A stretch of 64,000 nucleotides of DNA, taken from Deltaproteobacteria bacterium (GTDB lineage: Bacteria; Myxococcota; Kuafuiibacteriia; Kuafuiibacteriales; Kuafuiibacteriaceae). The position numbers were made by a program, and so were the translations under genes. Positions 54,980 through 64,000 of this stretch are shown here, one piece after another. The DNA is taken from assembly GCA_040218735.1 (NCBI GenBank), contig JAVJQW010000041.1, forward strand, positions 407,801 through 471,800, given 5' to 3'. The notes beneath the pieces are model-generated. The model had not been told where the DNA came from. It saw nothing but the letters and a program-made list of their open reading frames with translations, and searched no databases. The number at the start of each line of letters is the position of its first letter. Position 1 is the stretch's first letter.

Positions 54980-56040
54980 TCGTCCGCCGGCCCGCGCGTG
55001 GTGCGCGGCTTCTCGGTCCCGTCGCGCACGCGTTCGAGGTAACCGAGCGTGCTCCGCACCAGCGTGATGATGCGTGCGTTCTCCTCGAGCTTCTTCATCT
55101 CCAGCAGCTTCGGGATCGCGCGGACGTCGCCGATCAGCGAGAGCCCGTGGATCGCGGCGCCGCGGACGAGGACGTCCTGATCGTTCATCGCGGTGAGGAG
55201 GAGCGTCGCCGCCTCGTCGCCGCCGAGCACGCCGAGCACCTTCAGCGCGCGCGCGCGGAAGAACCGGTTGTTCGAGCGTCGCGCGGCGACGAAGTACTTC
55301 TTCTCGTCGATGTAATCGCGGAAGCTGCGCAGCGCGTCCGCCGCCGCGATCGTCACCTCGGGGACGCGCGAGTCGAGCATCGTGATCAGCGGCTCGGTCG
55401 CCTCCTCGGCGCCGATCTCGGCGAGCGTTCGGATCGCCGCGATCTGCACGCGGTAGTCGAGGTGCTCGAGCCCTTCGAGGAGCAGCCCCACCGCTTCGGG
55501 CTCGGGCTGCGACGCGATCACGGAGGCGGCGAAGCGCCCGACCTCGCCGGGCTCGCCCGTCGCTTCGAGCAGGGCCGAGAGCCCCTCGCGCGTCGGCGCT
55601 TCGGCGAGCCGTTCGGCGCACCCGAGCCTGACCCGTTCGTCGGCGTGACGAGCGAGCGCCGTGATCAGGTAGGGGCGCGCGTCGTCCAGCGGCCACCGCG
55701 CAAGTGACTTGCGCGCTTCGATTCGCACGAACGCTTCGTCGTCGCCGAGGAGATCGAGCATCGACGGGACGGCGCGAACGTCGCGCAGGTGGACCAGCGC
55801 GCGGAGCGCCGCGGTGCGCACGGCGTAGTGTTCGTCCGTCAGCGCGCGCTGCAGCGGTTCACGCGCGCGGATGTCGTCGGACCGGCCGAGCTGCAGCGCG
55901 GCGTCGGCGCGGGTCTTGTAACTCTCCCCCTCGCGGAGCTGGTCGACGAGCCGCAGCACGTTCTTGGGCGGCGCCGCCGTCGCGAGCGCGGGCATCAAGA
56001 GCAGGAACGTGCAGAGCGCGATGCGCATCTTCTCGGCCAT
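54976..56040 (-). CDS. Secreted HEAT-repeat protein
   Basis: Signal peptide; repeated L.D....VR..AA.AL units. Confidence 0.85.
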   Translation of the reverse strand: MAEKMRIALCTFLLLMPALATAAPPKNVLRLVDQLREGESYKTRADAALQLGRSDDIRAREPLQRALTDEHYAVRTAALRALVHLRDVRAVPSMLDLLGDDEAFVRIEARKSLARWPLDDARPYLITALARHADERVRLGCAERLAEAPTREGLSALLEATGEPGEVGRFAASVIASQPEPEAVGLLLEGLEHLDYRVQIAAIRTLAEIGAEEATEPLITMLDSRVPEVTIAAADALRSFRDYIDEKKYFVAARRSNNRFFRARALKVLGVLGGDEAATLLLTAMNDQDVLVRGAAIHGLSLIGDVRAIPKLLEMKKLEENARIITLVRSTLGYLERVRDGTEKPRTTRGPADE

Positions 56041-56058
56041 CGTACTCGATCCGAACCG

Positions 56059-56946
56059 TCATCCGGGAGGCTGACGCACCAGATACAGCGGCCGCGTCCC
56101 CAGCCGGAACCACACGCGCTGCCCGAACTCCACACGGTAGCGCCGGTGTGACCCATCCAGGAACACACTCGCGCCCTCCATCAGGCACTCCATTCCGAGC
56201 CGCTCCTCTTTCACGAGCACCGCCGACTTGACCCGCACCGCGGCGCCCGGCGGCGAGTACGGTTCGCGGACCAGGAACGCGAGCTGCTTGGCGGTGAGCG
56301 GGAGGATCGGGCCGCCGGCCGACGCGAGCGCGGACGTGCTGCCCGCGGGGGTGGAGATCCACACCCCGGAGCTGCGCTGCAGCTCGGTGCCGTCCGGCCA
56401 GATCAATCGATAGCGGCACATCTGCGCAGGGTTGTCGGCGCAGAACAGGACGTCGTTCAACACCGGCTCGGGGAGCACGCGCTGGCCGATCGAGACGCGC
56501 AGTCGTTGGACGGTGAGCGGCTCGAGCGTGCCGGCCGCGAGGTCGTCGAGCGTCTCGCCGAACGTCGCGGCGGTGCAGCCCGAGAGGTACCCGACCGAGA
56601 ACGACGGCTCCGAGTTCACCCCGAGCACCGGCGTCTTGTCGCGCACCGCGTGCGAGCAGCCGAGCACCATGCCGTCGCCGCCGACGGGGACGATCAGATC
56701 GTAGCCGCTCACCGGGCCGCGCGGGATGGTGCTCTGGACCTTGAAGTCGACGCCGCGCTCCTTGAGCACCCGCTTCACGTGTTTGACGCTCGCGACGTGT
56801 TCTTCGTGTCCCTCGAGGATGCCGAGCACGGACGCGTCGCGCTGCTCGACCAGCTTGCGGATGCGTCGCGAGTGAACGCGTTTGTCCTTCGCGAGCTTCG
56901 ACAGCGCAGTGCGCTTCACGACGACGAGGGCGCGTCGCAGCTTCAC
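56059..56946 (-). CDS. nadK: NAD(+) kinase
   Basis: VGGDG, LGVN, LNDV, SSGVWISTPAGSTS...SAGGPI. Confidence 0.9.
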   Translation of the reverse strand: MKLRRALVVVKRTALSKLAKDKRVHSRRIRKLVEQRDASVLGILEGHEEHVASVKHVKRVLKERGVDFKVQSTIPRGPVSGYDLIVPVGGDGMVLGCSHAVRDKTPVLGVNSEPSFSVGYLSGCTAATFGETLDDLAAGTLEPLTVQRLRVSIGQRVLPEPVLNDVLFCADNPAQMCRYRLIWPDGTELQRSSGVWISTPAGSTSALASAGGPILPLTAKQLAFLVREPYSPPGAAVRVKSAVLVKEERLGMECLMEGASVFLDGSHRRYRVEFGQRVWFRLGTRPLYLVRQPPG

Positions 56947-57629
56947 GCTTCGGACTCCAGCATTCGCTTCAAACGAAACAGCGCCAGCTCGGTCTTGGCG
57001 TCCTGGATCTGATACGGGTCGTCGGTCCCGCCGCGGTCGGCGAGGGCGAGGGCGTCGCCGAGGGACATCGACAGCAGCTCGGCGCCGACCTCCATCTCGC
57101 TCCCGTCACCGGGCGGGGCGAGGGGACCGTCGAGGGCGTCGGCGTCCAGCTCGATCGCGACGATCGTGATGCGCTCGGTGAGGATGCCCGGGCTCGGATA
57201 GAACCAACCGCCGACCTGCCGTGCGGCGGTGGGGGCGGCGCGGATGCCGGCTTCTTCGTACAGCTCGCGGAGCGCCGCGGCTTCGGGGGGCTCGTCGCCT
57301 TCGATGATGCCCGCGACGCACTCGATCATCGTGGCCTGGCCCGACACGACGTACGGCGGGTAGCGCACCTGCTCGCGGAGGAGGACGGTGGTGCGCAGCG
57401 GATCTTCGTCGCGGATGAACGCGATCGCGCCGACGGCGTCGCGGCGGTTCGGCGCGCGGTCCACGTAGTCGACGACGTACGTGTCGGTGCGCGTCCCGTC
57501 CGAGAGCTTGGTCTTGATGCGGTGGCGGTGTCGGCGAAGGAAGCCCGACAGCGCCGGCGAGATCGCGGACAGATCCTGGATCAGCTCGACGCCCACCGCG
57601 CGAGGCGGCGCCCGATCGTCCGAAGCCAC
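56943..57629 (-). CDS. NUDIX hydrolase (ADP-ribose pyrophosphatase-like)
   Basis: Nudix box AGIIEGDEPPEAAALRELYEEAG, QVRYP, YPSPG, IQDAKT; start uncertain. Confidence 0.88.
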   Translation of the reverse strand: MASDDRAPPRAVGVELIQDLSAISPALSGFLRRHRHRIKTKLSDGTRTDTYVVDYVDRAPNRRDAVGAIAFIRDEDPLRTTVLLREQVRYPPYVVSGQATMIECVAGIIEGDEPPEAAALRELYEEAGIRAAPTAARQVGGWFYPSPGILTERITIVAIELDADALDGPLAPPGDGSEMEVGAELLSMSLGDALALADRGGTDDPYQIQDAKTELALFRLKRMLESEA

Positions 57630-57711
57630 GGCCCGGGACGCTAGCAGACCGCCTGCCCGGTCGCACCTTTGTTGGTTGCCCGGGGGGCCGCATCGTGTGA
57701 ACGACGGCGCC

Positions 57712-60700
57712 ATGTCGAAGGTGAAGCTCCTGTCGCTGCTCCTGCTCGCTGCGTCGTGCCGACAGGCGGGGCCGGTGGCGCCGCCGGTCACGGCCCCCGC
57801 GGCGCCGCGGATGGTGCCCTACGCGGTGGAGGCGGCGAAGACGGCGTCGACGAGCTGGTCGGTCGACGCGCCCCCCGGGCCGGTGGTCTGGGCGGACATC
57901 GACGTCGAGGAGGGGACGTGGATCAGCCTCGACGTGAGCCCGGACGGCGAGACCATCGTCTTCGATCTCCTCGGCGACCTCTACACGATGCCGATCGCCG
58001 GCGGCACCGCGAAGTCCCTCACCAGCGGGATGTCGTGGGACATGCAGCCGCGCTTCGCGCCGGACGGGAAGTCGATCGCGTTCATCAGCGACCGCGGCGG
58101 CAGCGACAACCTGTGGATCATGAACGTCGACGGCAGCGACGCGAAGCAGCTGTCGAAGCACACCGAGATCGCGAGCCCGGCGTGGACGCCGGACGGTCAG
58201 TTCATCGCGGTCCGCAAGCACCTCACCACGCAGCGCTCGCTCGGCGCGGGTGAGATCTGGCTCTACCACCGCACCGGCGGCGGCGGGTTGATGATGACCA
58301 AGCGAAGCAACGATCAGAAGGACGTCGGCGAGCCCGCGTTCTCGCCGGACGGCAAGTACTTGTACTTTTCGATGGACGCGACGCCCGGGAAGTACTTCGA
58401 GTACAACAAGGACCCGCACGCGGGCATCTACCGGATCAAACGCATGGAGCGGGCGACGGGGCGCATCGACACGTACCTCGGCGGGAGCGGCGGCGCAGTC
58501 GCTCCGACGCCCTCGCACGACGGCAAACACGTCGCGTTCGTGCGGCGCGTCGGGCTGAAGACGGCGCTGTTCGTCGACGACGTCGAGACCAACGCCGCCA
58601 CGATGCTGTTCGACGGACTCGACCGCGACCTGCAGGAGACGTGGGCCGTGCAGGGCGTCTATCCGCAGTTCGCATGGACCCCGGACGACAGCGCGATCCT
58701 CGTGTGGGGCGGCGGGAAGATCTGGCGCGTCGACGTCGCGACGAAGAAGGCCGAGAACGTCCCGTTCCGCGTAAAGGACCGCCGCGAGATGCGGTCGGCG
58801 GTGCGGTTCGACGTCGACGTCCACCCGGCGAAGTTCGACACGAAGATGCTGCGCGACGTCGCGGTTTCGCCGGACGGCAAGACCGCGGTCTACGTCGCGC
58901 TGGGCCGCATCTACGTGCAGCCGCTGGACGGGAAGCCGCGGCTGCTCACCGACGGGAAGACGGGCTTCGAGCAGCATCCCGCGTTCTCGCGTGACGGCCG
59001 AAGCGTCGTCTACACGACCTGGAGCGACGAGGCGCTCGGCTCGGTACGGACGATCGGCGTCAACGGTCGCGGCGCGCGCACGCTGACGAAGGTCCCCGGC
59101 CACTACGCGGACCCGGCGTTTTCGCCGGACGGGAAGAACGTCGTCTTCGTGAAGCTGGGGCAAGGTGTCTTGCGCGCGCCCGAGCACACGCGTGACCCGG
59201 GCCTGTACGTCGTGTCCTCGCGAGGGGGAGCGATGGAGCTCGTCCGCCGCGGCGGCGCGACCCCGCACTTCGGCGCTCAGTCCGACCGCGTCTACTTCAC
59301 GTCGCAGACCGGCCAGGGCGAGGGGCTGCGTCACACGCTGCTGAGCATCGAGCTCGACGGGAGCGACGAGGTGCTCCACGTGAAGAGCCCGCTCGCGGCG
59401 GAGCTTCGACTCTCGGACGACGGCCACTGGGTCGCGGTGCGTGAGAGCTACCAGGCCTACGTCGCGCCGTTCCCGCGCACCGGACGTCCGCTGGATCTCT
59501 CCGCGAAGACGTCGAGCCTCCCGGTGCGGAAGGTGAGCGACGACGCGGGCGCGTACATCCACTTCACGGGCGGTGGGAAACGCATCCACTGGTCGATGGG
59601 GCCGCTGCTGTTCACGCGGTCGCTCGACGAAGCGTTTGCGAAGTCACCGCCGAAGATCGAGCCGATCACACTCGGCTTCGAGGTCGAGTCCGACGTGCCG
59701 CGCGGGTTCCTCGCGCTGTCCGGCGGGCGCGTCGTCACGATGCGCGGCGACGAGATCATCGACGACGGCGTCGTGCTCATCCAGGACAACCGCATCGCGG
59801 CGATCGGCAAGAGGGGCGCGCTGAAGCTCCCGCCGAAGACCAAGGTCGTCGACTGCTCCGGCACGACGATCGTCCCCGGCCTGATCGACGTACACCACCA
59901 CGGACCGCAGGGCGGGGACGGTCTCATCCCCCAGCGCAACTGGGCCCTGTACGCCATGCTCGCGTTCGGCGTGACGACAGTGCACGACCCTTCGCACCGG
60001 ACGCCGCTGATCTTCTCCGCGGCCGAGCTCGCGCGTGCGGGGCGCGTCGTCGCGCCGCGCATCTTCTCGACAGGGACGATCCTGTATGGCGCCGACTACC
60101 CGTTCAAAGCGCGCGTCGAAAACCTCGACGAGGCCCGTACGCACCTGGTGCGGATGAAGTCGGTCGGCGCGTTCTCGGTGAAGAGTTACCGCCAACCGAT
60201 GCGCAGCCAGCGCCAGCAGATCCTCGCCGCCGCGCGTGAGACGCAGATGATGGTGGTGCCGGAGGGCGGATCGATCTTCCAGCACAACATGAACATGATC
60301 GTGGACGGTCACACCGGGATCGAACACGCCGTCCCGCTCGCGAACATGTACGCCGACGTCGTGCAGCTGTGGTCGCAGAGCAAGACCGGCTACACGCCGA
60401 CCACCGGCGTCGGGTACGGCGGCATCTGGGGCGAGAACTACTGGTACGCGAAGAGCGACGTGTTCGCGCACCCGCGCCTGTCGAAGTACGTCCCGCCGGA
60501 GGTCCTCGTGCCGCGCTCGCGACGCCGGATGCTGGCCTCGGACGGCGACTGGAACCACGTGTCGATCGCGAAGACGACGAAGAAGCTGCACGACGCAGGC
60601 GTCGGCGTGCAGATCGGTGCCCACGGTCAGCGCGAAGGCCTCGCGGTGCACTGGGAGATGTGGATGATGGTGCAGGGCGGGATGACGCCGCACGAGGCGC

Positions 60701-60930
60701 TCCGCGTGGCGACGCGCGAGGGGGCCGCCTACCTCGGGCTGAAGGACGTGGGCACGCTCGACATGGGCAAACTCGCGGACGTCGCGGTTATCGAGGGCGA
60801 CGTCCTCGGTGACATCCGCCGCTCCGAGAAGGTCCGTCACGTGGTGATCAACGGGCGCCTCTACGACGCCGCGACGATGGACCAGCAGCACCCCGACGTC
60901 GTCGAACGCCAACCGTTCTTCTTCGAGTGA
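57712..60930 (+). CDS. PD40-repeat amidohydrolase-family lipoprotein
   Basis: Lipobox AASC, many P.FSPDG repeats, PGLIDVHHH, HDPS, GAHG, GKLAD. Confidence 0.9.
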   Translation: MSKVKLLSLLLLAASCRQAGPVAPPVTAPAAPRMVPYAVEAAKTASTSWSVDAPPGPVVWADIDVEEGTWISLDVSPDGETIVFDLLGDLYTMPIAGGTAKSLTSGMSWDMQPRFAPDGKSIAFISDRGGSDNLWIMNVDGSDAKQLSKHTEIASPAWTPDGQFIAVRKHLTTQRSLGAGEIWLYHRTGGGGLMMTKRSNDQKDVGEPAFSPDGKYLYFSMDATPGKYFEYNKDPHAGIYRIKRMERATGRIDTYLGGSGGAVAPTPSHDGKHVAFVRRVGLKTALFVDDVETNAATMLFDGLDRDLQETWAVQGVYPQFAWTPDDSAILVWGGGKIWRVDVATKKAENVPFRVKDRREMRSAVRFDVDVHPAKFDTKMLRDVAVSPDGKTAVYVALGRIYVQPLDGKPRLLTDGKTGFEQHPAFSRDGRSVVYTTWSDEALGSVRTIGVNGRGARTLTKVPGHYADPAFSPDGKNVVFVKLGQGVLRAPEHTRDPGLYVVSSRGGAMELVRRGGATPHFGAQSDRVYFTSQTGQGEGLRHTLLSIELDGSDEVLHVKSPLAAELRLSDDGHWVAVRESYQAYVAPFPRTGRPLDLSAKTSSLPVRKVSDDAGAYIHFTGGGKRIHWSMGPLLFTRSLDEAFAKSPPKIEPITLGFEVESDVPRGFLALSGGRVVTMRGDEIIDDGVVLIQDNRIAAIGKRGALKLPPKTKVVDCSGTTIVPGLIDVHHHGPQGGDGLIPQRNWALYAMLAFGVTTVHDPSHRTPLIFSAAELARAGRVVAPRIFSTGTILYGADYPFKARVENLDEARTHLVRMKSVGAFSVKSYRQPMRSQRQQILAAARETQMMVVPEGGSIFQHNMNMIVDGHTGIEHAVPLANMYADVVQLWSQSKTGYTPTTGVGYGGIWGENYWYAKSDVFAHPRLSKYVPPEVLVPRSRRRMLASDGDWNHVSIAKTTKKLHDAGVGVQIGAHGQREGLAVHWEMWMMVQGGMTPHEALRVATREGAAYLGLKDVGTLDMGKLADVAVIEGDVLGDIRRSEKVRHVVINGRLYDAATMDQQHPDVVERQPFFFE

Positions 60931-60967
60931 CACCCAACCGACGGCGTCTGGCGTAGACTCGGACCGC

Positions 60968-63247
60968 GTGCGGAGGGTCGCAGCAATCCTGGCGTTGGCG
61001 TTGGCGGTGAGTGCGTGCCGTCGCGCGGACGTGTTGCTGTTCCTCGAGGCCGACCCGACGATGCAGTCCGCGGTCCTCGTCCACGTCGTCGACGACGAGG
61101 CCCACGTCAGCGCGCACACACTCGTCGACGGTGCGCTCGAAGCGACGCTCCTCGACCCGTACATCGGTCGTTACGACGTCGACGTCACGGCGCTGTTCTA
61201 TACGCGCCCGCTCGCTTCGCTCGATCTGATCGCGGGCGACGTACAGACCGTCCCCGACGGGCGCCAGCTCCCCGCGTCGCCTCGAACGATGCAGACGCGC
61301 ATCCGCGGTGAAGACGTCACGCCGTGGGAAGAGATCTCCGCGCTGCCGGACGCCGTCGCGGCGGTGCGGCTGCCCGCGATCCAGAGCGCGTGTGTCGAGC
61401 GCGGCGGGTGTTACGCCTCAGAGACGTCGGGGTGCGTCGTGCCCTGTCCAGCGCCGGCGGCGCCGCTGCCGCCGGTCGACGCGGTGCCCCCCGTGTTGAC
61501 GCCGTGCCCGCCGGGGCAGACGCCGGTGGAGATCGACACCGAGATCGTCGTCTGTGACCCCTTCCCCAACGGGCGATCGATCTGCGCCCCCGGCACCGCG
61601 CACTTCCTCGGCGACGCGGGCTGCACCCGCATCGGACCCGCGTGTCCGTCGGGGCGCTTCCCGGACGTCGAGCCGGGCGCGACGGTCGTCTACGTCGCCC
61701 AGGGGGAGTCGGGCGTGGGCACGCAGGCCTCGCCCTACGGAACGATCACGGAGGCGCTGGCCGACGCGAGCTCGGGCGACGTCGTCCTCGTCGCGGCGGG
61801 GCGTTACACGGAGTCGTTCACGGTACCGGTCGGCGTGACCGTGCGGGGTGCGTGCGTCGCAGAGACGATCGTCGAGACCACCGAGAAGCTCCAGGTCGCC
61901 GGGACGCTGGAGAACCTCCAACTCGATCGTGCGCGCGTCGACGCCGTCGCCCCGGGCGGCAACGGTGCGACGCTCGTGAACCTCGCGATGTATCGCGCGG
62001 CGGGGCAGGCCGTGCGGCTCGACGTGTCGACGGGGCTGCGTCTCGAGAACGTGCTGATCCAGGACTCGGAGGCGGCGGGGATCGTCGCGTGGCGCGGGTA
62101 TGTTTCGCTGCAGCGGGTGATCGTCGCGTCGGCGTCGAGCCACGGGATCCTCGCGAGCGGCGCGCGATACCTCGTGGAGGATCTGGTCGTCGACGGCACG
62201 CGCCTCTCGGACGGCGTGTCGCGTGCGATCGGCGTCCAGGGCGACGCGAGCTTCGAGGGGGATCGGGTGTGGCTCGGCAACGGATTCGACCTCGCGTTGT
62301 TCGTCGACCGCGCAACCGCCGAGATCGACGACGTCGTCATCCGCGACACCGAAGAGTCGGGTCCCGGCAAGCGCGACGGGCGCGGCGTGCTCGTCCAGAA
62401 CGGCGCGGACGTGTTGCTGCGCCGCGCGTGGCTCCACCGCAACACCGGCCACGCCATTCGAAGCCAAGCCGAGGTGACGTTGTTCGACAGCGTCGTCACG
62501 CAGACGGGCGGCGTCAGCGTCTTCGTCGAGAGCACCGGCGCGCTGACGGCCGGGAACGTCGCGATCCTCGACTCGGGCTACCACGCGGTGCAGAGCTCCG
62601 CGGCGAACACCATGCTCGTGAACCTGATCGTCCGCAGGACGGGGTCCACCGGCGTCATGAATCAGCACGGCCACGCGGTGATCGCTTCGGGGCGTGTCTC
62701 GATCAACGTCGCGCGTTTCGAGGACCTCGCGGGGGCGGGCGTCGTCGCGACCGGCACGACCGACGCCCTCGGTGTGTCGGACTTGATGCTGATTCGTCCG
62801 AGCCGCGCCGGGTGCCGCGTGTGCACGGGCGTGTGCACGAAGCTCGCGCTGGGCACCGTGCTCGAGCGCGTCGAGGTGGTCGACGCCGCGGGGATGGCGA
62901 TCGGTCAGATCGATCTGATCGCGGGGAGCGTCCACGCGCGCGACGTGAAGATCTCGAACGTCGGTCGAATCGAGTGTGATCACACGGTGGCGTCGGCGTC
63001 GGGGGGCCTCGGCGACGGCTTCGTCACGCGCGGCGACCTCGATCTCGAACGCTTCGAGATCTCGGGGTGCGTCGGATCGGGCCTGAGCATCGGCGCCTAC
63101 GACGATCCCAGCGGCGTGAAGGTGCGCGACGGCTTCCTGCACGACAACGACGTCGGTATGGCGCTCCTCTTCACGCCGCCCGACGAGGCGAACGTGCTGA
63201 CGCGCGTGAAGCTGGAGTCGAACCGCATCGCGCTCGGCGCGCCGTAG
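60968..63247 (+). CDS. Lipoprotein with Cys-rich region and right-handed beta-helix (DUF1565-like)
   Basis: Lipobox VSAC; VYV...GTQASPYGTITEAL...GDVVLVAAGRY; parallel beta-helix repeats. Confidence 0.8.
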   Translation: MRRVAAILALALAVSACRRADVLLFLEADPTMQSAVLVHVVDDEAHVSAHTLVDGALEATLLDPYIGRYDVDVTALFYTRPLASLDLIAGDVQTVPDGRQLPASPRTMQTRIRGEDVTPWEEISALPDAVAAVRLPAIQSACVERGGCYASETSGCVVPCPAPAAPLPPVDAVPPVLTPCPPGQTPVEIDTEIVVCDPFPNGRSICAPGTAHFLGDAGCTRIGPACPSGRFPDVEPGATVVYVAQGESGVGTQASPYGTITEALADASSGDVVLVAAGRYTESFTVPVGVTVRGACVAETIVETTEKLQVAGTLENLQLDRARVDAVAPGGNGATLVNLAMYRAAGQAVRLDVSTGLRLENVLIQDSEAAGIVAWRGYVSLQRVIVASASSHGILASGARYLVEDLVVDGTRLSDGVSRAIGVQGDASFEGDRVWLGNGFDLALFVDRATAEIDDVVIRDTEESGPGKRDGRGVLVQNGADVLLRRAWLHRNTGHAIRSQAEVTLFDSVVTQTGGVSVFVESTGALTAGNVAILDSGYHAVQSSAANTMLVNLIVRRTGSTGVMNQHGHAVIASGRVSINVARFEDLAGAGVVATGTTDALGVSDLMLIRPSRAGCRVCTGVCTKLALGTVLERVEVVDAAGMAIGQIDLIAGSVHARDVKISNVGRIECDHTVASASGGLGDGFVTRGDLDLERFEISGCVGSGLSIGAYDDPSGVKVRDGFLHDNDVGMALLFTPPDEANVLTRVKLESNRIALGAP

Positions 63248-63260
63248 GCTGGTGCGTTTG

Positions 63261-64000
63261 TCAGATAGCCGGGGTGGGAGTGCCCAGGTCCGGCTTCGCT
63301 TTCGGCGACGGCCGGGGACCTCCCCTCCGGTCAGAAGCCGTTCGTCTCGCCGGGTGTTGCCCCTCGGCTTCGCTGTTTGCCGAGGCGGGCGAGCCGAACT
63401 GATTCCCTACGGAGAGGTCCCCGCCCGCCGCCATCGCTCCGCTTCTCGAGTTGCCTTCGCTCGGCGATCCGATGGGGGGGGTGACCCAACGAGCTTCGCG
63501 CCATCGCGGAAGTGATGCGACGTGCTGCCCAGGCGCTCGCTCCGCTCCGGCGGCGGGCGTGCCGACCTCGGTTCGGCGAGGTTGGCCATCGATCGACACG
63601 GGGACCCAGCGGTCGCGATGGGCAAGGCACGTTGCGCTCGGCGGGGCGGCTCGGCTTTCGGAATCGGCGCGCCCGCCGCCTGCGCTCCGCTATTCGTGTT
63701 CCCTGATCCCAACGCGTAGGACTTCACATCAGCACGAGATCACGACGATGCAGGCGTTGGGATCGGGCAACACGTCCAGCGGAGCGCAGACATCGGGCGC
63801 GGCGATTCCGACAGCCGGACCGCCCCGCCGAGGCGCCCGGGTACTGCCGAGCGTCGCAGCGCGATCCCCGCGCCGGACGGTCGCCCGGCAAGCCGAACCG
63901 AGGTCGCCGCGCCCGATGTCGGAGCGGAGTGGGAGCCTGGGCAGCGCGTCGCATTGGCGGGGCGTTGGGTCGAAGCTCCACGGGTCACCCCACTCATCAG
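63261..64000. repeat. Cluster of three homologous structured non-coding elements (63261-63472 +, 63469-63715 +, 63754-64000 inverted)
   Basis: Units 2 and 3 align without gaps (151/201 identical over 63515-63715 vs 63754-63954, hand count). All three share TGCCCAGG...CT(T/C)CGCT-stem...stem-CGCTCCGCT...GTT(G/C)CC. Confidence 0.85.

Noticed and set aside
63283-63300. CCCAGGTCCGG resembling part of SRP RNA helix 8
   Set aside because: The following GAAGGAAGCAG is absent, and the region belongs to the repeat family.
63407-63997. Short ORFs in the terminal repeats that resemble each other (e.g. MRRAAQA..., ALGSGNT...)
   Set aside because: Similarity appears in several frames, and substitutions preserve base pairing rather than amino acids, so it reflects a nucleotide-level repeat.

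Overview
GC-rich (roughly 70% by eye) chromosomal window from a Myxococcota-like bacterium (MYXO-CTERM protein, many Cys-rich lipoproteins, a CglD-like vWA adhesin). From left to right it holds: a BlaI/M56-linked heavy-metal CBA efflux operon with SelO; an EctC-like cupin; ppx and a tol-pal operon split by an antisense hybrid kinase; surface proteins; a TPR-CHAT / S8 protease / ECF sigma / anti-sigma cassette; an alginate-export-type porin, a kinase and an AraC regulator; rpmE-DUF1385-prfA-prmC-hisGDBH; a NUDIX / NAD kinase / HEAT / DUF309-esterase run; a PD40-amidohydrolase and a beta-helix protein. Four observations stand out. (1) The CHAT-S8-sigma-antisigma cassette carries a shared TCAGAT-N18-A(T/C)G(T/A)C motif upstream of both flanking secreted genes and of the anti-sigma, which suggests a protease-gated sigma regulon. 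(2) Three ~200-250 nt structured non-coding repeats at the right end have compensatory stem changes. (3) An orphan, enlarged ectoine-synthase-like protein. (4) A membrane-tethered sigma-like fusion protein. No rRNA, tRNA, CRISPR array or transposase was recognised. All family assignments come from motif recognition by eye, not database searches.
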